Origin: a virus
Lineage: Duplodnaviria > Caudoviricetes
Virus record (IMG/VR): IMGVR_UViG_3300032301_000607
Span: 1-37,904 of that record
Direction: 5' to 3' (one strand)
Length of the DNA: 37,904 nt
Under the pieces are notes generated by a model, which worked only from the letters and a program-made list of their open reading frames with translations, ran no database searches and was not told where the DNA came from. This document shows, one piece after another, positions 15,072-24,855 of this stretch. Numbering within the stretch: the stretch's first letter is position 1; each line of letters begins with the position of its first letter. A program made the translations under genes and the position numbers.

Positions 15072-17689
15072 AAAAAGCCCAACTAAACTTAATCGATAAA
15101 GCCGTTGCCTTTCTAAACCCGCAGGGTGCAGTTAATCGGATGATTGCACGGCAGAAGCTCGTAAACTTCTCTTACGATGCGGTCAAATATACAAGGGAAC
15201 GCAAAGGGCCGAGTTCGCTTTCTGGTGCGGAAGATTATCGTTCCAACTATGACCGAGTAGAATTGATGAAAAGAGCAAGGGACTTGGCAGAGAATGTCGG
15301 CCTTGTTCGCTCTATCCTTATGAAGTTTGCCAGTCATACCGCCGCAAATATCTCCTACCAAGCCAGAACAGAGAATCCCGAAGTGAATAGCGATGTGGAA
15401 GCATACTGGGCAGAGTGGTGGGACAAGTGCGACATCTCAACAAGGCACACCGGTTCGACCCTTATGCAAGTGGCGATAATGTCGATGCTCCGGGATGGCG
15501 ACTTTCTTTTTGCCCTAGTCCGAGACAAGGAAGGCGATCTAAAACTCCAAGGCATCGAAGCAGACCGAGTGGGCGACCCCTTCAAAGTTTATACAAGCCT
15601 CGACCTAATCGGAGGAATCCACATTGACCGCACGACTGGCGCGCCCTCGGCTTATGATATTTATTCAAGGAGCATTGGGGACTTCTACACCTTCCAAGCA
15701 ACGATTCCAGCAAGCCAAGCCTTTCACCTATTCGACCCACTCCGCATCGATCAATATAGGGGAGTAAGTGCTTTCCATACAGCCATAAATGACTGCACAG
15801 ACATTTACGATATCGTGAACTTTGAGAAGATGGCGGCACGAGTTGCCTCTTCTCAATCCGCAGTTGTTCGCAGGAATAACAATAATGCCTCCGACCTCTC
15901 CACGCTCACAAACGATGAGAATGTTAATGGCGATACGATTAAGCTAGAAGCGATTGAGTCGGGCAAAATCTCCTACCTAGAACCGGGTGAAGATATCGTG
16001 TTCCCCGATGGGCCGAGCCGTCCCTCTGGTGCGTTTGCAGAGTTCCACAAGATTCTCCTACGGAATATCTGCCTTGGATTGGGCATCCCCTACAGCTTTG
16101 CTGTTGACCCTTCCGCTATGTCTGGCCCGACTGCAAGACTTGAGATGCAACAAGCAGGGCGCACTTTCCGCAGATACCAGAAGCTCATCGATGACAAGGT
16201 TCTGCGACCAATCAAAAACATCGTGCTTGCTGATGCAGTCTCTCGTGGTTTGATCGAAAACAATGTCGGAAGCAGAACCACCAAGGGCATATTCAATTTC
16301 GGGGCGAATGTCTCCATAGACCTATCTCGAGATAGCCAGTCAGCGATCTCGGAATTTAAGACTGGATTGAGGACAGCGGCAGATATTTATAGTGAGCGTG
16401 GCCTAGATTTTGAAAGCTCCTTTAGGCAGAGAGCGCAAGAAGCGGCTTTGATTAAGAAACTAGCCCAAGAATACGACATCCCAGCGGTAGCGATATCAGA
16501 CATCGTTGAGAGTTTGGTTTATGCACAGCAAGCCGCACAAAGGTCTGGACAAGCTGGCGGTGGCGAAGGCTCTGGTGAACCCATTGTGTCTGATGTCTCT
16601 CTCAATGGGGCGCAAGTTGCATCCCTCATCAATATCATCAATGCGGTTGCCGCTGGTGCTTTGAGCAAGGAAGGTGCGGTTTCAGTTATCACTTCGGCCT
16701 TCCCAACAATTTCAAGAGAGCAAGCCATCAATATCGTTGGCGGGATACAAGAGGGAAATATCATCCCAACCACAAAAGAAGAACGCATCGCAAGCCAGAA
16801 AGACGAAGGCGGGGATGCTTCGGGAGGCTCGACCCCCCAAGAACCCAAACCCCAGCCAACCGCCCCCGCTGGCACTTCTCAAAAAAAAAGTAGTTTAGAG
16901 GTTTTAGAAAGCCTAGACCCCGCATCCATAAAGATGCTGATTGAGGGAATGATGGGCGGGATTGAGTTGGCAAAATACGATGGGATTGATTTTACCCCAC
17001 CACAAGGGGCTAAGGATGCCGCTAAAAGAGCCTTGGATGTTAGGGAGACGAAACCACCCAGCCAACGAGGAATGACCCCAGTAGGCATCGCAAGAGCTAG
17101 AGATTTAATCAATGGGGTGAAGATGTCTCCCGACACGGTTCGCAGAATGAAAGCCTTTTTTGATAGGCACGAAGTGGACAAAAAGGGGGCGACCTTCGGG
17201 GAACAAGGAAAGGGCTGGCAAGCGTGGAATGGATGGGGCGGGGATGCTGGCTTTTCTTGGGCAAAGAAAGTAGTCGGACAGATGGAGGCTAGGGACAACA
17301 AAGAACTAGCCCGGCCAATAAGCCAAACCCCCGCCCCTCCCAAGGAACGAATCAAAGGCTCAAAGGAGAACCCCAAAGGCACGGCATCGACCAGAAGCAA
17401 AGCTGGCGACATTGAGATTTCAGCGGAGAACGAGGAGGCATTGAAGAACAAGATTGCCGAGTTCAAAGACAAGCACCCATCAAGGAAAGCCCCCACCCTT
17501 GGGGCGTTGAAGAAAGTGTTTCGCAGGGGGGCAGGGGCGTTCTCGACTAGCTTTAGGCCAACGATTACCGGCGGCAAACCCAACTCTCGCAACGCTTGGG
17601 CGATGGCAAGGGTGAACAAGTTTCTCAAGATGGCGGGTGGGGGTGAGGTCAAAGACTCTTACCGCAAGGCAGACGGCGATCTTCTTTGA
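15068..17689 (+). CDS. Lambda-type portal protein with long C-terminal domain fusions
   Basis: RARDLAEN, LRDGD, IEADR, R.DQYRGVS and LGIPY portal motifs in the first ~490 aa; extra domains to 873 aa. Confidence 0.9.
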   Translation: MKKAQLNLIDKAVAFLNPQGAVNRMIARQKLVNFSYDAVKYTRERKGPSSLSGAEDYRSNYDRVELMKRARDLAENVGLVRSILMKFASHTAANISYQARTENPEVNSDVEAYWAEWWDKCDISTRHTGSTLMQVAIMSMLRDGDFLFALVRDKEGDLKLQGIEADRVGDPFKVYTSLDLIGGIHIDRTTGAPSAYDIYSRSIGDFYTFQATIPASQAFHLFDPLRIDQYRGVSAFHTAINDCTDIYDIVNFEKMAARVASSQSAVVRRNNNNASDLSTLTNDENVNGDTIKLEAIESGKISYLEPGEDIVFPDGPSRPSGAFAEFHKILLRNICLGLGIPYSFAVDPSAMSGPTARLEMQQAGRTFRRYQKLIDDKVLRPIKNIVLADAVSRGLIENNVGSRTTKGIFNFGANVSIDLSRDSQSAISEFKTGLRTAADIYSERGLDFESSFRQRAQEAALIKKLAQEYDIPAVAISDIVESLVYAQQAAQRSGQAGGGEGSGEPIVSDVSLNGAQVASLINIINAVAAGALSKEGAVSVITSAFPTISREQAINIVGGIQEGNIIPTTKEERIASQKDEGGDASGGSTPQEPKPQPTAPAGTSQKKSSLEVLESLDPASIKMLIEGMMGGIELAKYDGIDFTPPQGAKDAAKRALDVRETKPPSQRGMTPVGIARARDLINGVKMSPDTVRRMKAFFDRHEVDKKGATFGEQGKGWQAWNGWGGDAGFSWAKKVVGQMEARDNKELARPISQTPAPPKERIKGSKENPKGTASTRSKAGDIEISAENEEALKNKIAEFKDKHPSRKAPTLGALKKVFRRGAGAFSTSFRPTITGGKPNSRNAWAMARVNKFLKMAGGGEVKDSYRKADGDLL

Positions 17690-17705
17690 CATAAGTTAGG
17701 CATTT

Positions 17706-18782
17706 ATGCCTTTACCCCTACCTTCCGCAGACGAATCCGAACAAGACTTTGTATCCCGCTTTATGGGTGATGCAGAGGCAGTATCCAAGTTTCCAGATGA
17801 GACTCAGAGGGCGGCGGTTGCCTATTCTACTTATAGGGACGAGGAGATGGAGGAAATGGAGCTAGGGGGAGTTTCAATTTTGGAGGTGGGAGAGGCGAAA
17901 GGACACGACCTTTTCGTGGATAAGACCAGCCTAGCGACTGCCCTCAAACTTATGAGCAACGCCAAGAATGGTGTGAAGGTTAAGATGAACCACGGAAGCG
18001 GATTGGACGCAGTTGTCGGCTTTGCCCGCAACCCCCGCATCGATGGAGATAAGCTGGTTGCCGACCTTCGCTTACTACGCAACTCCCCCCACTACGGCCT
18101 AATCAAAGAGATGGCCTCCGAAGCCCCCGACCAGTTTGGCGTTTCCCTAGCCTTTGTGAACGAGTCCGAGACGATTGACGGCAAGGATTATATTCGCCCC
18201 CAGAGCATCGCCTCTGCTGATTTAGTTTCCAGCCCAGCCGCCACGAATGGATTATTCGAGGAGATGGTGAAGTTTATGGAAAAACTCGGTTATGTACAGG
18301 GAGGCAAGACCATCCCAGCCGTAGCCAAAGAAGCCGTGGAGGAAGCTCCACTTGACAAAAAGGACAAATCAAATATGGAAAACAACGATTATAAGAAAGA
18401 TATGGACGAAATTAAGGTTCGTCTCTCTGCCTTGGAAGAGGCAATTAAACCCAAGGATGAGGAAAAGAAAGAGGAGATGAAGTCTGAGGAAGCTCCCAAG
18501 ATCGTCATCGAAAAAGAAGATGAGGATGAAAAAGAGGAGACTAAGGAAGAGATGAGCGAGGTTGTGAAGAAAGTTCTGACCGAGTTCGGCATTAAGCCCA
18601 TCCCCGCCTCCCCTTCAATCGAAGTTCCTTCCGAGAAAAAGGAAGAACCCAAAACTTTTGAAGCTCTCGTGGCCGCCCATAGCGACTACGGAACATCTAA
18701 GCTCAAGGCAATGAAAGCCGTGATGCTCTCAAACCCCAACGAATACAACGAGGCCAAATCTCGTGGTATAGTTAAACTCTAA
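17706..18782 (+). CDS. Prohead protease/scaffold fusion
   Basis: GEAKGH, MNH, FGVS and DLVSSPAATNGLF protease-like motifs, then an acidic helical region. Confidence 0.75.
   Translation: MPLPLPSADESEQDFVSRFMGDAEAVSKFPDETQRAAVAYSTYRDEEMEEMELGGVSILEVGEAKGHDLFVDKTSLATALKLMSNAKNGVKVKMNHGSGLDAVVGFARNPRIDGDKLVADLRLLRNSPHYGLIKEMASEAPDQFGVSLAFVNESETIDGKDYIRPQSIASADLVSSPAATNGLFEEMVKFMEKLGYVQGGKTIPAVAKEAVEEAPLDKKDKSNMENNDYKKDMDEIKVRLSALEEAIKPKDEEKKEEMKSEEAPKIVIEKEDEDEKEETKEEMSEVVKKVLTEFGIKPIPASPSIEVPSEKKEEPKTFEALVAAHSDYGTSKLKAMKAVMLSNPNEYNEAKSRGIVKL
18375..18782 (+). CDS. Probable nested in-frame scaffold protein
   Basis: Internal ATG preceded by TTGACA and AAGGA at the protease/scaffold boundary; analogous to lambda C/Nu3. 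Confidence 0.55.
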   Translation: MENNDYKKDMDEIKVRLSALEEAIKPKDEEKKEEMKSEEAPKIVIEKEDEDEKEETKEEMSEVVKKVLTEFGIKPIPASPSIEVPSEKKEEPKTFEALVAAHSDYGTSKLKAMKAVMLSNPNEYNEAKSRGIVKL

Positions 18783-18796
18783 AGGATAATACTAAA

Positions 18797-19156
18797 ATGG
18801 CTACACAAATTGACGGCGGTGCAGTTCGCACCTTTAACTTTGCCTCGGCGATCTCGGCTTACCGATTCGCAGAGATTCACACGGACGGCACGGCTCGTGC
18901 GGCTGTTTCCGGTTCTGCTCGTTGCATTGGTTCTACCATTAGCGATGTAGCGGCTGGCGACAACGGAGCGGTCAAGCTGTTTTACCCAACCTATTTTGCA
19001 ACTTGCGAGACAGCGATTGCCATCGGGGGCTTGGTAGCCACGACTGGTTCTGGCCTCGTGACAACTGCGGCCGCCAATGTTGGCGTTGTCGGGGTTGCCC
19101 TTGAGGGCGGCGCGGCTGATGCAGTCATCGAAGTCGCAGTTCCCTTAACCCAGTAA
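18797..19156 (+). CDS. Capsid decoration/cement protein
   Basis: Small Ala/Gly/Thr-rich protein ending VGVALEGGAADAVIEV, directly before the major capsid gene. Confidence 0.7.
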   Translation: MATQIDGGAVRTFNFASAISAYRFAEIHTDGTARAAVSGSARCIGSTISDVAAGDNGAVKLFYPTYFATCETAIAIGGLVATTGSGLVTTAAANVGVVGVALEGGAADAVIEVAVPLTQ

Positions 19157-19185
19157 TTTAACCAACCAAGAAAGAATATAAAACA

Positions 19186-20151
19186 ATGAGTTATATCGCA
19201 GGCGGTTCAACAATTCGTGCCGACATCAACCAAGCGTTGATCGAAGCCCCCACGGCTGATGTGGGTTTAATCGGGGCAGAGCTTCTCCCTTTGCAGAATG
19301 TAGACGCAAAGAGCGGAACTTACCTCAAGGTTCAACTCGGCGGTGCAGAGTTGCTCTCCAACAATGCAACGGCTCGTGATGCTGGTTCGGCGTATGCACG
19401 AGGCATCCGTTCCTTCAGTTCTGCAAATTACAGCACGGAAGAATTCGGCCTAGAGGAATTGCTTGATGATTCGAGCGTCAAGGACTTAAATCGCTTCTTC
19501 TCCTACGAGAGCGAAACTGCCAAGTTCTTGCTCCGTCAGTTGAAGCTCTCCCACGAAGCTCGGGTCAACACCTTGCTTTTCGCTGGTAGTACCCCCTTCA
19601 CCACGGCTGACCAAAGTGCGGCAGTTGCCTACACCCAAGCGAACATCACCACAATCGATGTAGCTCGTGATGTGGCGGCGGCCAAATTGGCACTCGGTAA
19701 GCTGGGTTACGAAGCTAACTGCGTAGCGATGAACGCTGATGTGTTTGAGCTGATCAGACGCTCGACCCTCTTGCAGAATCAGTTCTTCGGAGTGATCTCG
19801 AATACTGGTGCGCGCTTGTTGAACGAAGCTGAAATTGCAGCGGCCTTGGGAGTTCAGAAACTCCTTGTTGGTCGTGCGGCAATCAACACGGCTGGCAAAA
19901 ACAAGAGCTACACCGGCTCATTCGCAATCAGCTCGGCCAAGGTTATCGTAGGCCAAGTGGCGGGTGGCGAGTTCACCGCTGGTGGAATCGGACGCACCTT
20001 GGTCTGGTCGGGTGACTCGGCTGGTGGTTTCGTCTCCGAAAGCTATCGTGACGAAGCTCGCCGTAGCCAAGTGTTGCGTGTGCGTATGAACACCGATGAG
20101 GTCGTCATTGACGCCAATGCGGCCGTTCGTATCACCACTAGCTTCGCCTAA
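19186..20151 (+). CDS. Major capsid protein (lambda gpE-like)
   Basis: Position, 321-aa size, strong C/T-ending codon bias and a downstream terminator. Confidence 0.85.
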   Translation: MSYIAGGSTIRADINQALIEAPTADVGLIGAELLPLQNVDAKSGTYLKVQLGGAELLSNNATARDAGSAYARGIRSFSSANYSTEEFGLEELLDDSSVKDLNRFFSYESETAKFLLRQLKLSHEARVNTLLFAGSTPFTTADQSAAVAYTQANITTIDVARDVAAAKLALGKLGYEANCVAMNADVFELIRRSTLLQNQFFGVISNTGARLLNEAEIAAALGVQKLLVGRAAINTAGKNKSYTGSFAISSAKVIVGQVAGGEFTAGGIGRTLVWSGDSAGGFVSESYRDEARRSQVLRVRMNTDEVVIDANAAVRITTSFA

Positions 20152-20177
20152 AGAATTGTTGGTTGTTTCATAGGAAT

Positions 20178-20213
20178 GGGGGGAGGGCGAAAGCTCTCCC
20201 CCCTTTTCTTTTT
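20178..20213 (+). terminator. Intrinsic terminator
   Basis: GGGGGGAGGGC-GAAA-GCTCTCCCCCC followed by TTTTCTTTTT. Confidence 0.9.
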
Positions 20214-20233
20214 GACATAGAAAGGAAAATACA

Positions 20234-20524
20234 ATGGCAGACCTTTCCAGTTCCGAACCTTATTACGATCAGATTTCCCACGCCGCTAGACCCGGCACGC
20301 AGTATGTCACCACAACTGCAAGCTCTGTTACTGGAGTGTTCGCTGGCCTAGTGGCCATCACAGAAACCAAGTTCTTCTCTATCACATCTACTGTTACTGG
20401 GATGAGTTCAATCGCAAGCGTGACGGCGGCTAACTCTGTCACAATACCCGCTGGTGCTTATATCGCTGGGGATGTTTCTAATTTCCGTATCCATTCTGGC
20501 GTAGTCCTCGCAATCGGGGACTAA
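20234..20524 (+). CDS. Small Ser/Thr-rich putative virion protein
   Basis: Follows the capsid gene; TIPAG...SGVVLA beta-rich pattern. Confidence 0.65.
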   Translation: MADLSSSEPYYDQISHAARPGTQYVTTTASSVTGVFAGLVAITETKFFSITSTVTGMSSIASVTAANSVTIPAGAYIAGDVSNFRIHSGVVLAIGD

Positions 20525-20525
20525 T

Positions 20526-20888
20526 ATGGCTCGGTACGGCTACGGAATGTCCGTAAGCGGTAGCAGGACAGCTATTGTTGCTTCTGGTGGAGCCGCACCC
20601 AGCGGGATTGTTGCCGCAACCGCAGGAGACCTTATTATTGATTTCGGTTATGCTAGCGGAGAAATTTATACTAAAAACAATAATACATTATGGGTATATA
20701 ATTTTGGAGAAGAAAGTGAATTTCAAAGATTAAGTTACAATGTTTTTTCCGCACTTGCTTGGGCTTTGGACACGAATAACGGAGAGATTGTAGCAACAAA
20801 TCCAAGCACAAATCCCTTAATTATTCCCACAACTGGGTGGACTTATACTGTTGGGGCTGGCCCAGCAGTCACCATCACCGCCGCTTGA
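20526..20888 (+). CDS. Putative virion-surface protein
   Basis: N-terminal YGYGMS motif, Gly linker and an AT-richer variable domain. Confidence 0.6.
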   Translation: MARYGYGMSVSGSRTAIVASGGAAPSGIVAATAGDLIIDFGYASGEIYTKNNNTLWVYNFGEESEFQRLSYNVFSALAWALDTNNGEIVATNPSTNPLIIPTTGWTYTVGAGPAVTITAA

Positions 20889-20944
20889 TGAATAACTAAA
20901 CTCATTTAATTGACATCCTTATTGCAGTTAGAAATCCTATCCAA

Positions 20945-22597
20945 GTGAAATATCCTATTTCAGTCTACCTAATAGCAGGAAATGAAGAAGAATACATTGG
21001 CCGATGCTTGGAAAGTTTCAAGCCCATTTCAGCGGAGCTTGTTGTCTGCATCGCTAGGGGGAATCTTGTCCCAGACAAAACAGAAGAAATTGCCAAAGGT
21101 CTGGGTGCGAAAATCGTTCACTACCAGAATCAAAGAACTGATTGGCCTCATATAGACGATTTTGCAACTGCTAGGAACACGGCTCTTGGTGCGTGTTCAA
21201 ACGAATGGTGTTTATGGGTAGATGCTGACGATGTGATGTCCGAGGATGGGGCGAAGGTTGTCGAAGAAGCTATTGACCTTGCCGTTGAGAAAGACGCTCA
21301 CCTCGTGGCGTTAAAGTACAATGTGGACAACGCCGGACTCATTCCCCTCCGAGAAGAAATCTCAAAGAGGGGAACTTGCCATTGGAAGAACCGAGTCCAC
21401 GAGATGCTTATCTCTAAAGAGCCAAATAAGACGATTGGCCTAGATAAGATTTTCAGAATCCATAAGCCTCACGGATATAAGGCCAAAAGTGCTGAAAGGA
21501 ATTTCAACATCCTAGCCGACACGCTTTCCACCGCCCCCAACGCCCTTTACTACCAAGCTCAAGAATACTTCTTATCGAATCAGATGGACAAGTGTATTGA
21601 TTCTAGTCTGCGAGCCTTAACCTTTTCAGAGCTAGAGGATACGCTTCGATATGATGTGCTTTGCAACTTAGGAAGAATTGTTTCAGAAAATGATAGGCTT
21701 ACTTACCTTGGGCAAGCCGTAGCGTTGCAACCAGACCGTAGAGAGGCTTATTTTTATATAGCGAATCATTGGTCTGGAAAGGGCAACTGGATTAAGGCTT
21801 ATGGAGCAGTTCGTTCTTGTATGACCTTGCATCGCCCCAAAGCCCACTACTGGAATCTTGTGGAGGCAATCTACAACTGGCAAGCGATGGACTTTTACGA
21901 GACGGCTTCGGTGTGTGTGGGAGAAGCTGGTGAGGCTGAAAAGATTAAGAAGATGCGACCAGCCCCCAAGATCAGCATTATTCACGCCACAAAGGGGAGG
22001 CCGCAGATCGCTTGGCAAAGACGCTGGCAATGGCTTTCCCTAGCCCAAAATCCACTAGAGGTTGAATGGTTGTTTATGGTTGATCACGATGAAGCCGTTG
22101 ATTACACCCCCCACCAAGCCATTAGGTGCAACCCCGGAGGCATCGTCAACGCTTGGAACGCAGGGGCAAAAATGGCCAAGGGAGAGATTATTATTCAAAT
22201 GAGCGATGATTGGACACCCCCTCGCCATTGGGATGCCCTAATTTCGACCGCTATGGGGGATACAGCGGGGGAGAAAGTGCTGGCAGTATCAGATGGGCTA
22301 CGAACCGACAAACTCCTCTGTATGGCTATTATGACGCAATCTAGGCTCAAGAAGCAGGGGGAGATGTTCTGTCCAGAATACCAAGTTAGCGATGGCATAT
22401 ATTCAGACAACGAGGTGACTGACCGAGCTTATGAGGATGGGGTGATAGTTGAGGCTAGACACATCCAATTCAAACACGAGAATCCGATGTTCACCGGAGG
22501 CAACCCCGATGACCTACTTAAAAACCACAATAAACCCGAACACTACCAAAAGGGGAAGGCAATCTATGAAAAACGCAAAGCAAATAATTGGATGTAG
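20945..22597 (+). CDS. Glycosyltransferase with GT2, TPR and second GT-A domains
   Basis: NEEEYIGRCL, DDFATARN, WVDADD and RVHE; TPR helices (QPDRREAY); second domain ISIIHAT.GRP, AWN.GA, MSDDW, YSDNE, FKHE. Confidence 0.85.
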   Translation: MKYPISVYLIAGNEEEYIGRCLESFKPISAELVVCIARGNLVPDKTEEIAKGLGAKIVHYQNQRTDWPHIDDFATARNTALGACSNEWCLWVDADDVMSEDGAKVVEEAIDLAVEKDAHLVALKYNVDNAGLIPLREEISKRGTCHWKNRVHEMLISKEPNKTIGLDKIFRIHKPHGYKAKSAERNFNILADTLSTAPNALYYQAQEYFLSNQMDKCIDSSLRALTFSELEDTLRYDVLCNLGRIVSENDRLTYLGQAVALQPDRREAYFYIANHWSGKGNWIKAYGAVRSCMTLHRPKAHYWNLVEAIYNWQAMDFYETASVCVGEAGEAEKIKKMRPAPKISIIHATKGRPQIAWQRRWQWLSLAQNPLEVEWLFMVDHDEAVDYTPHQAIRCNPGGIVNAWNAGAKMAKGEIIIQMSDDWTPPRHWDALISTAMGDTAGEKVLAVSDGLRTDKLLCMAIMTQSRLKKQGEMFCPEYQVSDGIYSDNEVTDRAYEDGVIVEARHIQFKHENPMFTGGNPDDLLKNHNKPEHYQKGKAIYEKRKANNWM

Positions 22598-22814
22598 GAA
22601 AGCAAAAAAGGGGGAGGATACGAGGGGGCTTGGTATAATTAAATTCGGGAAGTCTCGCCCCTGCAAAACCAAGTATGTAAAGGTTGATATCACCTATGAT
22701 AATAAGGCCAAGAAGGAACTTTTTGAGGCGGGGATGTTGGCATTGAAACACGACCCAGAAGCCGTGATTGAATATGTCATTAAAAAGGCACTTTGCGAGT
22801 TGGCGAAAAAATGA
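22566..22814 (+). CDS. Small basic hypothetical protein
   Basis: ATG 22566; stop overlaps the next ATG. Confidence 0.5.
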   Translation: MKNAKQIIGCRKAKKGEDTRGLGIIKFGKSRPCKTKYVKVDITYDNKAKKELFEAGMLALKHDPEAVIEYVIKKALCELAKK

Positions 22815-23434
22815 ATGGATATACAAAGCTGGCTTGCGGCCATCTTTATCAAGACCTAGTGACTGGGGATATCCCGACTTACTCAAAAGAGTATTCAGAA
22901 GAACGCTATGATAAGTATGATACAACGAGGCCGATGTCGGAGTTGCGATTTGCCCTATGTAAAGAGCTTTTCAAATTTAATTCAGTTTTAGATTTTGGCT
23001 ATGGGAATGGCGACTTCCTTTCTGTTTGTGCCGGTAATGGCGTTAGGTCTTTTGGGTATGATGTCTCTGATTACCCGCTAAAAAAGCCAGTAATCAAAAC
23101 AAGCTCCCTCTTTATAGACTGCGACCTTGTAACCTTTTTTGATTCAATCGAGCATCTTGAGACAAGAAACATATCCAGTTTCTTAGCAAAACTTCACACC
23201 AATCAAATCCTAATCTCTGTCCCTTGGTTTCACGATCTAGGGGATGATTGGTTCTACCATTGGAAACATAGGAGGGAGAACGAACACTTCCATCACTTCA
23301 CCGCCGCCGGGTTGTGCGAAGTTATGGAATCGGCTGGGTTCACCCCAATTTATCACTCAAACCCAGAGGATAAGATAAGAAAATCCGATTTGTCCTTACC
23401 CAATATATTGACGATGGCTGGCGTTAGGAATTAA
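22811..23434 (+). CDS. Class I SAM-dependent methyltransferase
   Basis: VLDFGYGNGDF, GYDVS, FFDSIEH, ISVP and EHFHHF; resembles glycan-cluster methyltransferases. Confidence 0.85.
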   Translation: MNGYTKLACGHLYQDLVTGDIPTYSKEYSEERYDKYDTTRPMSELRFALCKELFKFNSVLDFGYGNGDFLSVCAGNGVRSFGYDVSDYPLKKPVIKTSSLFIDCDLVTFFDSIEHLETRNISSFLAKLHTNQILISVPWFHDLGDDWFYHWKHRRENEHFHHFTAAGLCEVMESAGFTPIYHSNPEDKIRKSDLSLPNILTMAGVRN

Positions 23435-23436
23435 GC

Positions 23437-24105
23437 GTGGAAAAAACAATCAAATACTCGCAGAGGTTGGGGGATGTGCTTCGTTGCCTCCCAGCTTGCA
23501 AATACCTAGCCGACCAAGGCCACGAAGTTTTCTTTGATTGCTTCCCCCAATATCATTCAGTCTTTGATCTTGTCTCCTATGTAAAATCAGGAAATAAGGG
23601 AAATGTTTTAGATTTAGAAATATGGCCGAACAAGTATGAGGCTTATCGCAAAAGCAAAAGAAGCTGGACTGACTTTGTGTATAGTCACCCAGAGATTAAG
23701 GACGCAGACAAGACCAACATCATCCTCGACAAGCTAGACGACAAACCAGCCGTGGGGCTTCCAGAGACTTACAACCTAGTAGCCGCCTTTGGCAATAGCC
23801 AAGGATTTTACCGCAATCCGCTAGAGCTTATCACCAAGGCACGAAACGATTTAGGCAAAGACAACTTCTATGTGATGACCCCCCCAGAGATTCAGATTCA
23901 AGGGCTTTCTACCTACACCGCCCCAAGCGTTTCAGAGATGGCAAAGGCAATTCGAGGAGCAAAGGATTTCTGGGCTATCAATAGTACCCCCATCGTTCTG
24001 GCATCAGTAGTGAGAAAGGGCAAACCGACTGCCTTCTTTCCTCAAAAAAACGAGTGGGAAACTGACAACATATTTGATTTTGAGGGGATGTTTAGGATGG
24101 ATTGA
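23437..24105 (+). CDS. GT-B (GT9/heptosyltransferase-like) glycosyltransferase
   Basis: N-terminal RLGDVL..LP; C-terminal AKAIRGA..F..INS.P..LA pattern. Confidence 0.6.
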   Translation: MEKTIKYSQRLGDVLRCLPACKYLADQGHEVFFDCFPQYHSVFDLVSYVKSGNKGNVLDLEIWPNKYEAYRKSKRSWTDFVYSHPEIKDADKTNIILDKLDDKPAVGLPETYNLVAAFGNSQGFYRNPLELITKARNDLGKDNFYVMTPPEIQIQGLSTYTAPSVSEMAKAIRGAKDFWAINSTPIVLASVVRKGKPTAFFPQKNEWETDNIFDFEGMFRMD

Positions 24106-24121
24106 CATAGGAGGTAATTTT

Positions 24122-24439
24122 ATGGCTGGCACAATCAGCACCTCCTACTTTGCAACGGACTTGTCCTATATGATTCAAGACCTATATCAATCCGTTACTG
24201 GACTTGCATCCTCCGCAGTTTCCGCATCAGTCACAGACCTTGCAACCTCTAGTCAACTAGATATTGGTGGAGAGGTATTCAATATTACCCAGAGCCTAGT
24301 TGTCTTGGCTTCGTCAATCTCTGCCCCCACGATTGGTTCACTCTGCACCGTGAGCGGCACGGAGCGTATGATCGGAGGATTTTCGCAAAGCACCGATGGC
24401 CTTTCCTATACTATCGAGCTTGCGGAAATTACTACCTAA
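24122..24439 (+). CDS. Head-closure (FII-like) protein, putative
   Basis: Size, position and a PTIGS..TVSG motif; AGGAGG before ATG 24122. Confidence 0.55.
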   Translation: MAGTISTSYFATDLSYMIQDLYQSVTGLASSAVSASVTDLATSSQLDIGGEVFNITQSLVVLASSISAPTIGSLCTVSGTERMIGGFSQSTDGLSYTIELAEITT

Positions 24440-24855
24440 TGGCTTCGATTGAAAGGGAGGTGGAGAACGCTCTCCTTAATGTTGTCTCCGGTATTACTGG
24501 GGTGAACTTCTTTACCAGCGAGAGGGGAACGGCTCGCACGATGCCAAGCGTGACGGTTCAAGCTGAAATCAGCGGGGAGGAGCTTGTGCCTTTCTCTGGT
24601 GTATTCAAAACCCCAGCCTCGATAACCTATGTCGCAAGGGCAGACACCACGGCAAGAGTCGACTTCGATGCCAAGTTTTATGACATCCTAGAACAACTTT
24701 ATCGTGACCCAGACCTAGCAAGCTACCTCACCGATCACTCAAACATAACCTTCTATGTGGCAAAGGTGACTGGGGATAGTCCAGCCGTGATAAGTCAAAA
24801 CCGAACTTGGTCAAGGGCGATGACCCTAGACATCACAGCAACCGCAAAGAAATGA
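24439..24855 (+). CDS. Tail terminator-like protein 1
   Basis: Size, position and alpha/beta pattern; paralog of the next gene. Confidence 0.55.
   Translation: MASIEREVENALLNVVSGITGVNFFTSERGTARTMPSVTVQAEISGEELVPFSGVFKTPASITYVARADTTARVDFDAKFYDILEQLYRDPDLASYLTDHSNITFYVAKVTGDSPAVISQNRTWSRAMTLDITATAKK

Noticed and set aside
16879-17652. 257-aa minus-strand ORF and the other minus-strand ORFs
   Set aside because: Antisense shadows of well-supported + strand genes, with no recognisable motifs.
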